The notes under the pieces: generated by a model | The model's database searches: none | What the model was told of the DNA's origin: nothing | What the model saw: only the letters and a program-made list of their open reading frames with translations | Made by a program: the position numbers and the translations under genes | Assembly: GCA_009914755.4 (NCBI GenBank) | Contig: CP068257.2 | Location: 17,856,001 to 17,920,000 of the forward strand | DNA length: 64,000 nucleotides | Direction of reading: 5' to 3' | Origin: the human T2T-CHM13v2.0 reference genome, Homo sapiens | Shown here: in pieces, positions 39,164-51,768 of the stretch | How positions within the stretch are numbered: position 1 is the stretch's first letter | How the letters are laid out: every line of letters starts with the position of its first letter

Positions 39164-39360
39164 ATGTATATACATGTATATATATATATGCACACATATA
39201 TATGTGTGTATATATATACACACACATATGTACACTACTGCTTATTAGTTAATAAGCAGTGCTTATACATTACTTATAATGCATTAGTTATTAGTGCTTA
39301 TACATTACTGCTATGTATGTATATATATGCACTACTGTTTATTAGCATTAAGATATATAT
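39164..39360. repeat. TA/TG-rich low-complexity DNA containing a quasi-palindromic tandem unit of about 50 bp
   Basis: tatgtatatacatgtatatatatatatgcacacatatatatgtgtgtatatatatacacacacatatgtacactactgcttattagttaataagcagtgcttatacattacttataatgcattagttattagtgcttatacattactgctatgtatgtatatatatgcactactgtttattagc. The units 'cactactg[c/t]ttattag…' and 'gtgcttatacattact…' each occur twice. 'gcttattagttaataagc' is a near-perfect palindrome. Confidence 0.75.
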
Positions 39361-39837
39361 TTTCTATAGGGTTTAAATCTGTAAAACTCAAAACGCTATA
39401 CAGGCATTATCATATTGATTCGGCACCATAATTTTGATACATGAAAGGCAGGTTTTTTCCCCATACTATTGACGAAGAAACGAAAGTACAAACCAGTTGT
39501 TTTGTCCAATAGACTAAAGAAATAAATTAGAAAGTCTCACCATAACTTGTTCCCTCTGCAAACTTCATCTAGATAAGCTAATACTTGCAAATACCAGTTA
39601 TTCATTTTAATGTATCCAACCAGCACCATGTACTGTACATGATCCATCTTATTAAACTTAACAAAAATCACATGAGGAAATATCCATTTTAGTGATGAGA
39701 TGCTGAATACTAAGGAGTGAAATTTGTCCCCAAAGGTCAATAGTGGCAGTAAGTGGAAAAGCCATGACTCAAAACAGGCATTCCAATGTCAAACCCTATT
39801 CACTTACTTAAGCCCCTGGATGCCTATTAGGGATGGA

Positions 39838-40183
39838 ATTATGTCCCCGCAAAATGCATAGATTAAAGCTTTACCTCCAATGTGACTGTATTTGGAGATA
39901 GGGCTTTTCAGGAGGTAATTATGGTTCAATGAGATCATAATGACTCTAATTCAATAAGACCGGTGTCCTTATCAGAAGAAGAAGCAGCACACCAGGGGAT
40001 GATAAGGCCATATGAAGACAGAGTGAGAAAACAGCCATCTGCAAGTTAGAGAAGCCTCACCGGAAACACTTCTGTTAGTGCCTTGATCTTGGACTTCCAG
40101 CCTCCAGAACTGTGAGAAAATAACTTTCTGATGTTTAAGCCACTCAGTCCCTGGTATTCTGTTACAGAAGCCAGAAAGGACCA
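39838..40183 (+). mobile_element. MaLR LTR (MLT1-like), plus orientation
   Basis: ttatgtccccgcaaaatgcatagattaaagctttacctccaatgtgactgtatttggagatagggcttttcaggaggtaattatggttcaatgagatcataa…ccatctgcaagttagagaagcctcaccggaaacacttctgttagtgccttgatcttggacttccagcctccagaactgtgagaaaataactttctgatgtttaagccactcagtccctggtattctgttacagaagccagaaagga matches the MLT1 consensus pattern (…ccagcctccagaactgtgagaaataaatgtttgttgtttaagccacccagtctatggtattttgttatagcagcccgaactaagaca). Confidence 0.8.
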
Positions 40184-40270
40184 CTTCACTGGTATCTAGT
40201 TCAGTGATTTGTTCCCAGGCCTGATTTTGGTCCTCCCCATGCTGTCTTTAAGATGTGTATTTTTTTTTTT

Positions 40271-40768
40271 ATACTTTAAGTTCTAGGGTACATGTGCTCA
40301 ACGTGCAGGTTTGTTAACATATGTATACATTGTGCCATGTTGGTGTGCTGCACCCGTTAACTCGTCATTTACATTAGGTATTTCTCCTAGGGCTATCCCT
40401 CCCCCTTCCCCCTACCCCACAACAGGCCCCGGTGTGTGATGGTCCCCACCCTGTGTCCAGGTGTTCTCATTGTTCAATTCCCACCTGTGAGTGAGAACAT
40501 CTGGTGTTTGGTTTTCTGTCCTTGTGATAGTTTGCTCAGAATGATGGTTTCCAGCTTCATCCATGTCCCCTACAAAGGACATGAACTCATCCTTTTTTAT
40601 GGCTGCATAGTATTCCATGGTGCATATGTGCCACATTTTCTTAATCCAGTCTATCATTGATGGACATTTGGGTTGGCTCCAAGTCTTTGCTATTGTGAAT
40701 AGTGCCGCAATAAACATACGTGTGCATGTGTCTTTATAGCAACATGATTTATAATCCTTTGGGTATAT
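40271..40768 (-). mobile_element. L1PA 3'-end fragment (about 500 bp, 5'-truncated), minus orientation, with a 9-bp target-site duplication and a T10 tail at 40261-40270
   Basis: The sequence after the T-tract, 'atactttaagttctagggtacatgtgctcaacgtgcaggtttgttaacatatgtatacattgtgccatgttggtgtgctgcacccgttaactcgtcatttacattaggtatttctcc…ccccacaacaggccccggtgtgtgatggtccccaccctgtgtccaggtgttctcattgttcaattcccacctgtgagtgagaacatctggtgtttggttttctgtccttgtgatagtttgctcagaatgatggtttccagcttcatccatgtcccctacaaaggacatgaactcatcc…', is about 95% identical to the reverse complement of the young L1PA 3' end. The direct repeat atgtgtatt lies at 40253-40261 and 40767-40775. Confidence 0.95.
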
Positions 40769-41346
40769 GTGTATTCTTAAAGAAAACAGTTGTGTTCATA
40801 CTTCCTGTTCCTTCTCCTTTTTTTTTTAATTACTGTAAGTGAAGGAAATATTTGAAGGCTGTTAATGATTTGTGCTTTTGTAATCAGGGGTGAAGAAACT
40901 TTTATTTTTTGCTCATTGAACCTGAAAGGACTTATGCTACAAATGACATGATTTCCTTTAGTTATCTGTGTCTCTACCCCACATGTTATGTATCAAGTGT
41001 CTTCCTTACTGCTGGTCATGTCTCAAAGAGCAGTATTAGTAGCAGCAGTTGTCACAAAAAAACATATTGACAATGGAACAAGCCACCAGAAAATAATGGC
41101 TTGAGCCAAAGATTGTAGTAGTGGCTACATTGTTACTATTAATTTTGTAAATATTTAATTTGCTCACAATTTCAAGTAACACTTACGTTTCAACTCCTCT
41201 ACCCAGCCATACGTATCTCTGTGTGTTTCTGACTGTATACATGTGTGTGTTTGTTTGCATACACATTCTTGAATTGACATTAATATCTTTGAAGATTTCT
41301 CTAAGGGACTGAGGAGGGTGAAGTAACATGAGCTTGATTTCTTCTT

Positions 41347-41378
41347 TATATATATATATATATATATATATTTTTTTT
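41347..41378. repeat. (TA)12 + T8; mutated A-tail of the adjacent minus-strand L1 fragment
   Basis: tatatatatatatatatatatatatttttttt lies directly 5' (on the plus strand) of the L1 3' end. Confidence 0.85.
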
Positions 41379-41605
41379 ATTATACTTTAAGTTCTAGGGT
41401 ACCTGTGCACAACATGCAGGTTTGCTACATATGTATACATGTGCCATGTTGGTGTGCTGTACCTACCAACTCATCATTTACATTAAGTATATCTCCTAAT
41501 GGTATCCCTCCCCACTCCCCCCACCCCACAACAGGCCCCGGTGTGTGATGTTCCCCTTCCTGTGTCCAAGTGTTCTCATTGTTCAATTCCGACCCATGAG
41601 TGAGT
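41379..41605 (-). mobile_element. L1PA 3'-end fragment (about 230 bp), minus orientation, with a 12-bp target-site duplication
   Basis: attatactttaagttctagggtacctgtgcacaacatgcaggtttgctacatatgtatacatgtgccatgttggtgtgctgtacctaccaactcatcatttacattaagtatatctcctaatggtatccctcc…ccccacaacaggccccggtgtgtgatgttccccttcctgtgtccaagtgttctcattgttcaattccgacccatgagtgag. The direct repeat gagcttgatttc lies at 41330-41341 and 41606-41617. Confidence 0.9.
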
Positions 41606-44249
41606 GAGCTTGATTTCAGCCAGCTTGATTTCTTTAGATCCTCAGAAAGCCATTCTAAATTTTATATCTCTGAGCAGCTCAATGTACAATCATAAGATTA
41701 ATGTGCTGCTGTTCTCAGGACCCTTCTAGTGAGACTGACTCTCTGGATGCATATTATTTATGGATTTTATGTTACCTTCTAAAATGAGCATGAGAGAGAA
41801 AGAACTTGTGAACTTGCAAACTGAAATCAATACAGATAATAACCTCTCACACAGAAAAGGTTGGGATGTCTCTGTTTATTTCATAAATATTCTTGTGGAT
41901 TAGACATACTCCTCGGTAAATGCTTCATGCTTTCTTTGTGCTTCTTCCTTCTTTTTCTGTTTCTCCTCCACTATACCTCATTTTCTTGCTTGGTTTTTCT
42001 ATCTCCCACACAGAAAATTCATGTTGGATTTCATATTATTACTTGACCCAATAAAGTCACTGAAACAGACACAGAAGGAGTCAGGAACCCATTTATTTCA
42101 CAGTGTGATAGATCAATATTCAGAAGAGAGCAATAATAGCGTATATGAAATACATTTTTTTCAAGTGTGCTCATTAAATGAAAGATTTCCCTCCTAAGAA
42201 TATCCTGTTTAGGGTTTTGTAAAATAGTATTATGTGAACTTATATCTAGAGGGATATTTGTAAACATTTAAAAAACTCACTGCTCTCCTAGAGCATAATT
42301 CACTATAAACTGCGCTTTTAAGAAACCATTCAAAAAAATTGGGTAACGGAATACATTTCTTTGACTCACCCTGTGTCTATATTAGAGTGAGACTATATTC
42401 TTAAATAGAAGACATATTTAACTACTATAAATGTTCTGTATAAATTATGACTTTGCTTAAGATAAGACACAAAAGAAACCTTAATGCTTCTTCCTTTATG
42501 GCCTAAACCATAAAGAACATAAAATCTATTCTGACAATTTTATTAGCCACATATTTTTCCTTCTATCAAACTAAATAGTTGTATTAAATCTACACAGAAT
42601 CTAAATGTTTATGTGTTAACTTACTCAGCCTTTTCTGCATCTGTTTTAATTCCTAGGGCATTTTCTCCACATGGTAATCAGAGAAGTACTGTTTCCAGAA
42701 AATAATGGAAACTTCAGAATTAACTGATTTGCACTTTCTAATGGGCATGGATGGGGATAGTGACTAATTAGCAGTGTGATCCATCATTCTAAGCAATTCT
42801 ACCTCAAGAACAGTGATATCTGATCACCCCAGTCTATCAGAGAAGTAGAGAAGTTCTAAACGTGTTGCTAATTACCCTGATGAATTAGTGGATGGAATCT
42901 CCCCCTCCCCGTGTTTCATATTTTCTTGGTATTATGATAGAGCAATGCTGGTGATCATGAGTGGCTTTTAGAAGGAGTGGAAATTTATTACATAGCCAGT
43001 TTTGATATGCAAAACAATTCAATTAGGGCAAATAAATTCTCCAACATTTCATACTATGTAGGAGACAATGATAATTGTATTGTTGGGTTCTCCATCTGTA
43101 CAACTATTAGTATTACTACAAAATGTTTAACCACCTGTGACCCATTAATTGGACAGTGCTACACAATATGCTTTTCTTTATTTAAAACTATAATTTTAAC
43201 ATAATTTAAAAATTTTATGAGTATAGAGATCATCTTCAGTTTCTTTAAAATAATGCTGGTTATATTATTATCAGAAGGTTGAATATTAAACCAGAAGATA
43301 CAAAATCTTTTCTTTTTGACCTTTTCTCTTAACCACCATTTAGATTTAATTTCTGCATTTCATTTTCACTCTCATTGTCACAAGTTTTATTTGGCTTATT
43401 GTTATGAGTCTCAGGTTAAATTAATTACGCCTATGAGTTCTAATTTTCACATGCCTTTAATTAAATGTGTTTTAATGGTAGTACCATAAATTTATTTTAT
43501 TTTTTCATTAACATATAGAAAATAATTTCTATTTGTGGCCTTAAGTACAATGTGAAACCAAAAATAAGTCTGCACTAAACATGAGATATGTATATCTTTG
43601 ATTGTAGTTTATTTTATGAAAGGCTTTTCAATGTTTAGCATCGCTGTTTATATCCATGATTGTCCCGAAGGTTGGATCCAAAGTTTATGGGGCAAGAGTG
43701 GGGGTGGGGCTGGTCATGAATGGCTCCTTACATTCATTGTCAGTAATAGTAGTAGATGCTTTCTGTTGTATAAATTTGAAAGTATTCAAATCTATTCTCA
43801 GTTTACCCTATCAATATGTAAAATATCAAGAACTTTTTTATGTTTCTTTAGTTTTAGGGATAAAACATACTTTCTTTTATATTTATTTAGAACTCCAATT
43901 TGTGGCATGAAGGGAAAAATGCTTCAATGTGAATTTGTGCCAGCTGACTAACATGAGAATTGTATTACTTATAATTAAACAAATTACTAGTGAAATATAG
44001 TTTCATTAATTTTTCTTATAGTAGAAACCAAATGCAGGATAAATATAAATATTTAAAATATTGACATGCAAAAGAGAGAATTCTGCAAGGCAATAAAGTA
44101 AGGCATGTGAAAATTGCAAGTATCAAAAAATATCTATATGATTATAAATGAAAAGAATCAATTAAAGGGGTTACTTTTTCCCATGATGTAATGGGAAAGC
44201 TTGCAGAGAAAAAGGAAAACTTAAAAGAGAAAAACATACATGATAAAAG

Positions 44250-44598
44250 ACGGTGTGTACCGGGTGTTTTCATCTAGTGAATTATAAAGCGTACTAATAC
44301 AATCTAATGCAGGAACAGAAAACCAAACATGGCATGTTCTCACTTGTAAGTGGGAGCTGAACGATGAGAACACATGGACACATGGAGGGGAGCAACACAC
44401 ACTGGGGCCTATTGCGGCAGAGGGGAAGGAGAGCATCAGGAAGAATAGCTAATGGATGTTGGGCTTAGTATCTAGGTGATAGGATGATCTGTGCAGCAAA
44501 TCACCATGGCACATGTTTACCTAGGTAACAAACCTGCATATCCTGCACACATACCTTGAAACTTCAACTAAGAGTTGAAGAGAAAAAAAAATAAAGTT
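44250..44598 (+). mobile_element. LINE-1 3'-end fragment (ORF2 end, 3'UTR and A-tail), plus orientation, older L1PA/L1PB
   Basis: …ctaatgcaggaacagaaaaccaaacatggcatgttctcacttgtaagtgggagctgaacgatgagaacacatggacacatggaggggagcaacacacactggggcctattgcggcagaggggaaggagagcatcaggaagaatagctaatggatgttgggcttagtatctaggtgataggatgatctgtgcagcaaatcaccatggcacatgtttacctaggtaacaaacctgcatatcctgcacatataccttgaaacttcaactaagagttgaagagaaaaaaaaataaag. Confidence 0.8.
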
Positions 44599-47500
44599 TG
44601 CTAATTATCAAGTAATTGTTTTCAGCTCCAAATTTTTATTTTGTACTGTTTATCATGCAGAAGCAGGGCTCTGCAAACCACATTTCTACTTTGCTTACAG
44701 ATTTTCCATTAGTTTCTGCCAAGGGGGAGCAGTAGAAGCCAGAAAAGCTGGAAGAGGAAGAAGGGAATTGTCGCTTCCTGTTTGCTTCTTGTAGACTTCC
44801 ATTTGGTGTGTCCTTCTTGTAAACTTCACTCCAGCAATGCTTACTCACCCTGGAAGTAGCAGTTCCTTTCTACAATATCAGCTGAGTCTACTTTGCAGCT
44901 TTCCCAACCCTTGTAGAATCACCTTTATCTACTCTCCTCAGAAACAACACCACCAGCTGAGAAAGCAGAATTCTTTCCTCAAAGGCCAGAGTCTCAGCTC
45001 CGTGGAGACCCTCCTCTTAGTTCTTTAGTGGGGGACTGGAATGGGAACTGTTTTCTGAAGTTGTCACACCTGTGACACTTTAGTCTCTCCTACCTTTCAG
45101 TCACCTAGCTAGCCACTGTATGGCTAGGAAAAAAATTGTTTAAATTTGCTTTGTTTCAAAAATTGGTCTTATTTTGGTCTCCCAACTGGACCCTGACTGA
45201 TATAAAACCTAGAGCTCTAAGCTCTTTTCAGCAATTATTTTTATTTGATAACTTTGAAATATAGTGTTCATTATTCAAATTGGAGATCTTTTTCTATCAT
45301 ATTTGGATATGATCTTTTCCATCATATTTTACTTCTCCCTATGACTGCCTTACCAGGTTCAACCCTACTTGTCTTTTAGGAATTAACTGAAATGATGATC
45401 CCTTTCCAATATGTTCTATTAACCCCCATTCACTCTTGGCCATTAATGACCAAGATAAGTCTACAGTTAGCTGCCCTGATACCCAGTGAACACTTGTTAC
45501 ATTTATTATGTTGTTCATAGGTACCTGTTCACTTGTCTCTTTTCTACTACACAGTAAGCTCTCTAAAGAACTGAACCAACTTTTATTCACTGGAACTTGA
45601 ATGTTCATTTGCACTGCTGCTACATACTAGTTGCTTGATAAATAATTATTGCATGAATAAATAAATGAAAATTTCAAGAATGAGTCTTTTTTTCAGAATT
45701 ATAATTGCCAGATTTAACAAACAAAAATATAGGACTCCCAGTTAAATTTGAGTTTCAGTAAAACAATGAATAATTTATTTAGTATAAATATATCCTAAAT
45801 ATTTCATTGCTAAAATAAAATTTTTAAATCTGGAATTCAAATTGCACTGGGTGTCTGTATTTATCTAGCAACTCTTGTCTGAAAAAATTCTTCCAAGACT
45901 GACTTGATTGAATGAATTGTGGGAAAAATGTTTTAATGCTTCATATAGAAGCATCAAGAATGCTTCATATACATTTGTGCCAACTATGAAAATCAAAAGA
46001 CTATGTTTTACTGTGTTATTTGATGGATTGACCACTCCAATTGCTGTAATAGGTAGACCTGATGCCCTAGATTCAAGATAAATGTTTTTCCAGCAACAGT
46101 GGAACATACTTTATCTCCCAGCAGGGCTTGTCTGGATGTCTACTGACAGGCCTCGTAGTGTGACTCAGCTAGGCAAATACCAGCCTGAAGGTCACTCTTT
46201 GAAAATTATACCATGCTGGGCACATCCAATAATGTCAATCTTTCCTGGACCTAGTCTTGAGGTTTGCGGTCTTGAAATATAAATGTCCCAAGCACAGATT
46301 TTGACAGCTAGTAATTGTTTAATAAATGATGACTTCCTTTCTCAATACATTTGAATCCATTTCAGAAGAAAAAAAATAAGAAAGAAAAGATTGTTTAGGA
46401 AAAACTTCTGGGCCTGGAAGTTTAGCATTTTAACATCACGTCCTCTGCAATTGACCTAAGATTTAGGAGTTACGGTAGTTTAATGGGATATAGAAGCAAC
46501 GCAATTTTACTTAAAACAAAAAATTGGCTCTCTGGGAGCCTTAAGAAAGAAACTTTTGACATGTCAACCTGAAAACATTAAAGGAGTCAGAATCCCGTTT
46601 TAAAGAGTTTATTCAAGTGAAAAGCTGGAAATGGTCATTCCAGAATGCATGATCTCCAGAGAAATAGGGTCAGTGCTCTAAAGTTAAAAGCTAAGTTCTT
46701 GCTTATATAGTAAGGAGACAAAGACACCTAACAGGATTATAACATTTTCAATACAAAGTTGGTTTACAGAGTTACAACAAATTAGTTAGTTACCGTGTGT
46801 TTTCTGTGCAGTTTGTTTTCCTTATAGCTGGTTTTCATTTCCTTTCCTAAGAGGAAGGTTAATCTATAATGAAAGTCAACCGTGGAGAGAGAAGGGGTCT
46901 TTCTTGGTTCTGTCGGGCCCTTCACAACATTTGACAAAACAAAGCAGATAAGGGAAAAAGCTTAATCTGTAATCAAAAGGTTGCAGCTGGCTAGGTTACA
47001 AGCTGCTTGTCACATGACTGAGGCTCCATAATTGACATTCTTTTAAGGCTCAAAATAATTTAGAGTTCCAACAGGTTAGATTTTGAATTACTCTTTTTTA
47101 CATTTTTTTTTATTAAACTTGTTTTAATTAGGGACCTGGGTATTTGTTAAATAAAGAATGTCTTGTGAAGTTTAAAATGTTGAGACTTATTATGATGATT
47201 ATTAATGTTAATGTGTTCTAGTTTCAAGTTTTATGGATTGAGAACTTGGATGAATGGAGAAACCATTGAGTGAGATGGGGGAAAAGTGTAGATGTAACAT
47301 ATTTTGACAAGGAGTGGGGTTGAGAAAAGATTAGGAGTTTAGTTCTGAACCTTGTCCTTGCAAGTCTTTCAGACATTCAAAAACTGTCAAGCAGGCCGTT
47401 GAAAAATGAATCTGGAATTCATTAGAAAAGTGTGGAGTCCTGACAAGATAAGCAACAATGAGGAAGGGGCCCCAGGTGGGGGAGAACAATTATTCTGAGA

Positions 47501-47949
47501 GACAGCTAATCACAGACAACCTGCTGGCATAACATCCTGTTCCCAAATACCTCATTCTGCAGGCAGTAACAGCAGCACAACTTTATCTGCGCATAGTCCC
47601 TCCAGCACAACCCTCTAAAACTTCCCTCCAGCCCCTGCCTCTTGGTAGACAATCCCTTCTCTGCTGCGCTACCCATTGTATTCTTGCACCATGTGTCTTT
47701 GTACTTCCTCTAATAAACCTGCCTTTATTTACCTATGATTGTCTTGGTAAATTCTTTTACCAACTACCATGCTGGCCCCAGCCACTTACCTCCACCGTAG
47801 TGATTGCTAGAGTTACATTTGGTAACTATTTCTATATAGGGGTTACTTAAAGCCATAAGACTTGCTAAGAACCCCAAAGAAGAGAGGTAGATACAAAAAA
47901 GATGATGGGGTCCAGGACCCATTGTGAGCTCTGAGTCACTCACTCAAAC

Positions 47950-48242
<293 letters not shown>

Positions 48243-48376
48243 AAACTTTAAAGCTAGGAGAGAAAAGGAAAACACAACAAATGTAACTGAGTGTGACATA
48301 ATCGGAAGTAAATATTCGATCTCTGTTTTTTTGGCACAAAGCTCCTAAAATCCTTGGAATCTTCAAACTAATGAGT

Positions 48377-48433
48377 GTGGGGTTTTTTGTTTGTTTTGTT
48401 TTTTTTTTTGTTTTGTTTGTTTGTTTGTTTTGG
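48377..48433. repeat. (GTTT)n / T-rich microsatellite
   Basis: ggggttttttgtttgttttgtttttttttttgttttgtttgtttgtttgttttgg. Confidence 0.9.
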
Positions 48434-49423
48434 CATACTGATGAGATAACTGATGGCTGGTGTGTTCCTGTATAGCCTCAGGATGGGTGCTGGTTGTCAG
48501 GGAAATTCAACCAAGTGATTTGAGGGTTAGAACTTTCGTTGCCACAATCCTGACCTCCAGGTAGGTCACTAATGACCAACAATTTTATCAATCATTTCTC
48601 AGTGTATGAAGCCTCCATATAACCCCAAAAGGATAGGGTTTGGAGAGCAACCAGGTTACTGAACACATATAAGTGACAGGAGGGTGGCACATCCAGAGAG
48701 GGTATGGAAGCTCTGTATCCTTTCTCCCATACCTTACCCTAGTCTTCTCAGTCATCTTGCTGTTTATGTGCATTACTTATAATATTCTTTAAAAAAACAG
48801 GTCAATATAAGTAAAACACTTTTTCTATTAATATCTGTTGGGAAAAACTTGAATGTTGGGGGGAAGCTGAGGCAGGGTTTCCATGTCTGACATAATGTAG
48901 AATAGTCTTGGAACATGTCCGGGGTCCAGGGTCTAAAACCCTTTGTGGCCTTTGCAACATCAAGCTCTGTGCTAAAGGGTGGAAGGCTACCCTGACACAC
49001 CATAATCTAAGCCCAGGGCATAAAATTCCTTGTGGCTTGGATAGAATCCAGGGCTCGTGGCTCTAGAATGTCTCTAGACTTGCTGGCTCCTTGCTCCTTG
49101 CTCTCCCAGGATCAATTGTATCTTGAGTTAAAAGAACCTGCTCTCCATTTTCTCAAGCAGCAGAGCAAACGCTAAACCATGACAGCTATAAATCATGTGC
49201 TTAATGCAAGATGACCTCCACATTCTCACCACCTGTTTCTTTGTTGGATTACCAATAAATAGCGTGGGGTCCCACAGCTCAGGACCTTCACAGCCTCCAT
49301 GATTGCAGTGGGCCCCTGGTGTCCCACCTTTCTCTCTCAAACTGTCTTTTTCTCAATCCTTTGACTCCGCTGGACTTTGTCACCCCCACGACCTGGTGTT
49401 GGGTCTGTTCACCCCAACAATAC

Positions 49424-50066
49424 CCTTTATCTGTTGCAGGATCCAATCCCAGTTCCCACATTGCATTTAGTTGTACTGCCTCCTTAGCCTCCTCTGACTT
49501 ATGATAGTTTTTCCATCTTTCCTTATTTTTCATGACCTTGAGAGTTTTGTGACATATTTTGGTATGCGTTTTGTAGTATGTCCCTTAAATGAGCTATGTC
49601 TGATGCTTTCCTCATAGAACCTAGACTCTTAAATTCTAGAATACCACAATTTTTTTTTCTCATTATCTCACGTTGTTTCTCAGTAGTTAGAAGTTAAGGA
49701 AATAAAAAATATTTTTCCCCAAAATATATTCCTTTGATATATTTTTAAATGACCAGAAGATTGGAGTGGCTCTGAAAAGCTGTCTTTTGCAGGGGAAAAT
49801 TATATCTGTAGAGAATCTTCATTAATGCACCCAGGCTTTCCCTTTCTTTCCCCAATCTAGAAGAAATTAATTAAGAGTTTGACACTGTATTGGTTCATTT
49901 TCACACTGCTGGTAAAGACATAGTTGAGCCTAGGCAATTTACAAAAGAAAGAGGTTTAATGGACTTACAGCTCCACGTGGTTGGGGAAGCCTCACAATCA
50001 TGGTCGAAGGCAAGGAGGAGCAAGTCATGTCTTACATGGGTGGCAGCAGGCAAAGAGAAAATGATG
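49424..50066. repeat. Arm 1 of a large inverted repeat (about 640 bp; partner 51595-52227, spacer about 1.5 kb)
   Basis: The reverse complement of 49424-50066 aligns to 51595-52227 at about 90-93% by eye along its whole length. Checked blocks: 49424-49525 versus 52125-52227 (ggaaagatggaaaaactatcataagtcagaggaggctaaggaggcagtacaactaaatgcaatgtgggaactgggattggatcctgcaacagataaagg); 49800-49900 versus 51768-51870; 49886-50066 versus 51595-51768. The ORF-track peptide '…ERWKNYHKSEEAKEAVQLNAMWELGLDPATDKG' appears on the minus strand here and on the plus strand in arm 2. Confidence 0.9.
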
Positions 50067-50068
50067 AT
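49886..50068 (-). mobile_element. Partial MaLR LTR (THE1/MST-like; the about 180 bp at the 3' end of the LTR), minus orientation; forms the inner end of arm 1
   Basis: tgtattggttcattttcacactgctggtaaagacatagttgagcctaggcaatttacaaaagaaagaggtttaatggacttacagctccacgtggttggggaagcctcacaatcatggtcgaaggcaaggaggagcaagtcatgtcttacatgggtggcagcaggcaaagagaaaatgatg is the reverse complement of the 3' part of the THE1 LTR. There is no further LTR homology after 50068. Confidence 0.8.
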
Positions 50069-50234
50069 GTAGGGAAGTTTAAGTTTTTCCCCTGGAGATT
50101 CAATAATTTGTGTCTATAAAACTTACTCATAATAGATAGATTAACAGAAAAAAAGGTATAAAAATTTTAATTACATGTAACATGTGCACCAGAGTAATAC
50201 AAAATATAAAAACTCAAAGAAGGGCAACAATTTT

Positions 50235-50238
<4 letters not shown>

Positions 50239-50269
<31 letters not shown>

Positions 50270-50524
50270 AGATCCTTGCTGCGTTGCCAGGGCTGGAGTG
50301 CAGTGTCATAATCACAGCTCACTGCAGCCTCTACTTCCTAGGCTCAAGCAATTCTGCCACCTCAGTGGCCAAGTAGCTGGAACCACAGGCGTGTACCACC
50401 ATGCTCAGATAACTTTGTCTTTTTTTGTGTGTGTGTGGAGACAGGGGTCTCACTGTGTTGCCTAAGCTGGTCTTGAACTCATAGGCTCCTCCTCCCTCAA
50501 CCTCCCCAAGTGCTGGGTTTACAG
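50239..50524 (-). mobile_element. Alu, minus orientation, about 20 bp truncated at its 5' end, with a T39 tail (50239-50277) and an internal (TG)n in the linker
   Basis: T39 gcagatccttgctgcgttgccagggctggagtgcagtgtcataatcacagctcactgcagcctctacttcctaggctcaagcaattctgccacctcagtggccaagtagctggaaccacaggcgtgtaccaccatgctcagataactttgtctttttttgtgtgtgtgtggagacaggggtctcactgtgttgcctaagctggtcttgaactcataggctcctcctccctcaacctccccaagtgctgggtttacag. Confidence 0.9.
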
Positions 50525-51398
50525 AAAGATTAAGGGCTTGGAATCCCCACAAAGCAGGATATGGGTGGGGGAAAAGAGGAGAAAAGACATGTTATACAGA
50601 TGAAACCTCACAGATAGCAGTTCTTAGAGACAATAGATAGTAACCTCTGGTCAATGTTTCTAGGTTAGAACTTAAAAGTGTCCAACTCTCAATCTTTCCT
50701 ATACCCTGTCAAGAGGGTCTTTGGAGACAAACTGTATGCATGTGTTGTTTACTTCATTTATTTCCTCTACAGATGCAAATATCACCCCCCCCCCAAAAAA
50801 AAAGAAATACACACACGAAAAGAGAGCTTTGCAGGTCTATTTTTGTCTGTAACCCCTCTGAACAGCCTTTTCAAAATATGTTAAATAAGTATATTTTGAC
50901 TTAAAATATTTTCATTTCCTTCAATTAACCTGAGGAGGGGTTCCTGGTAAACCCTAATTTAGAGCTATTATGTCAGAAATTCCAGAAGTCCATATTGGTA
51001 TCTAAAGTGGGGTGCCACAGTCTTGTGGGACTGAGCCCTTAACCTGTGGGATGGGAGTCTAACTCCAGTTAGAGTCAGAATTGAACTATAGAACATCTAG
51101 TTTGTGTCCACTAGAGAATTGACATGTGGGAAAAACTCCATACATCTAACATTAGGAGTGAAATATCCAGGACTATTGAGAGTGTAGCAGGAGAAAGGAG
51201 TCAAAGTTTGTTCAGTTTAGTTCTTTCCCTGCTGTAGGGGTTGAGACCCTTGGTGTTATTGGTGAGACAAGTTATTGGAGGAAGAAAGGAAGAGGCTTGG
51301 TTAGCAAAGGTGGTCAGATGTATACGTGAAATCTCATGGGTAGCAGGCCTCAGAGACAATAGATGGTAAGTGTTCCTGTTCAGATCTTTAATGGAGCC

Positions 51399-51768
51399 TG
51401 ATATGGTTTGGCTGTGTCCCCACCCAAATCTCATCTTGAATTGTAACTCCCACAATTCCCACATGTTATGGGAGGAAACTGGTAGGAGGTATTTGAATTA
51501 TGGGGGTGGATCTTTCACATGCTGTTCTCATGATAGTGAATAAGTCTCTTGAGATCTGATGGTGCTAAAAATGGGAGTTTCCCCCACACAAGCTCTCTCT
51601 TTGCCTGCTGCCATCCATGTAAGACATGACTTGCTCCTTCTTGCCTTCCGCCACGATTGTGAGGCTTCCCCTACCACGTGGAGCTATAAGTCCATTAAAC
51701 CTCTTTCTTTTGTAAATTGCCTAGTCTCAAGTATGTCTTTATCAGCAGTGTGAAAATGAGCTAATACA
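51399..51768 (+). mobile_element. MaLR LTR (THE1-like), full length, plus orientation; its 3' 175 bp form the inner end of arm 2
   Basis: tgatatggtttggctgtgtccccacccaaatctcatcttgaattgtaactcccacaattcccacatgttatgggaggaaactggtaggaggtatttgaattatgggggtggatctttcacatgctgttctcatgatagtgaataagtctcttgagatctgatggtgctaaaaatgggagtttcccc…gccacgattgtgaggcttcccctaccacgtggagctataagtccattaaacctctttcttttgtaaattgcctagtctcaagtatgtctttatcagcagtgtgaaaatgagctaataca, a close match to the THE1 consensus. Confidence 0.9.
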
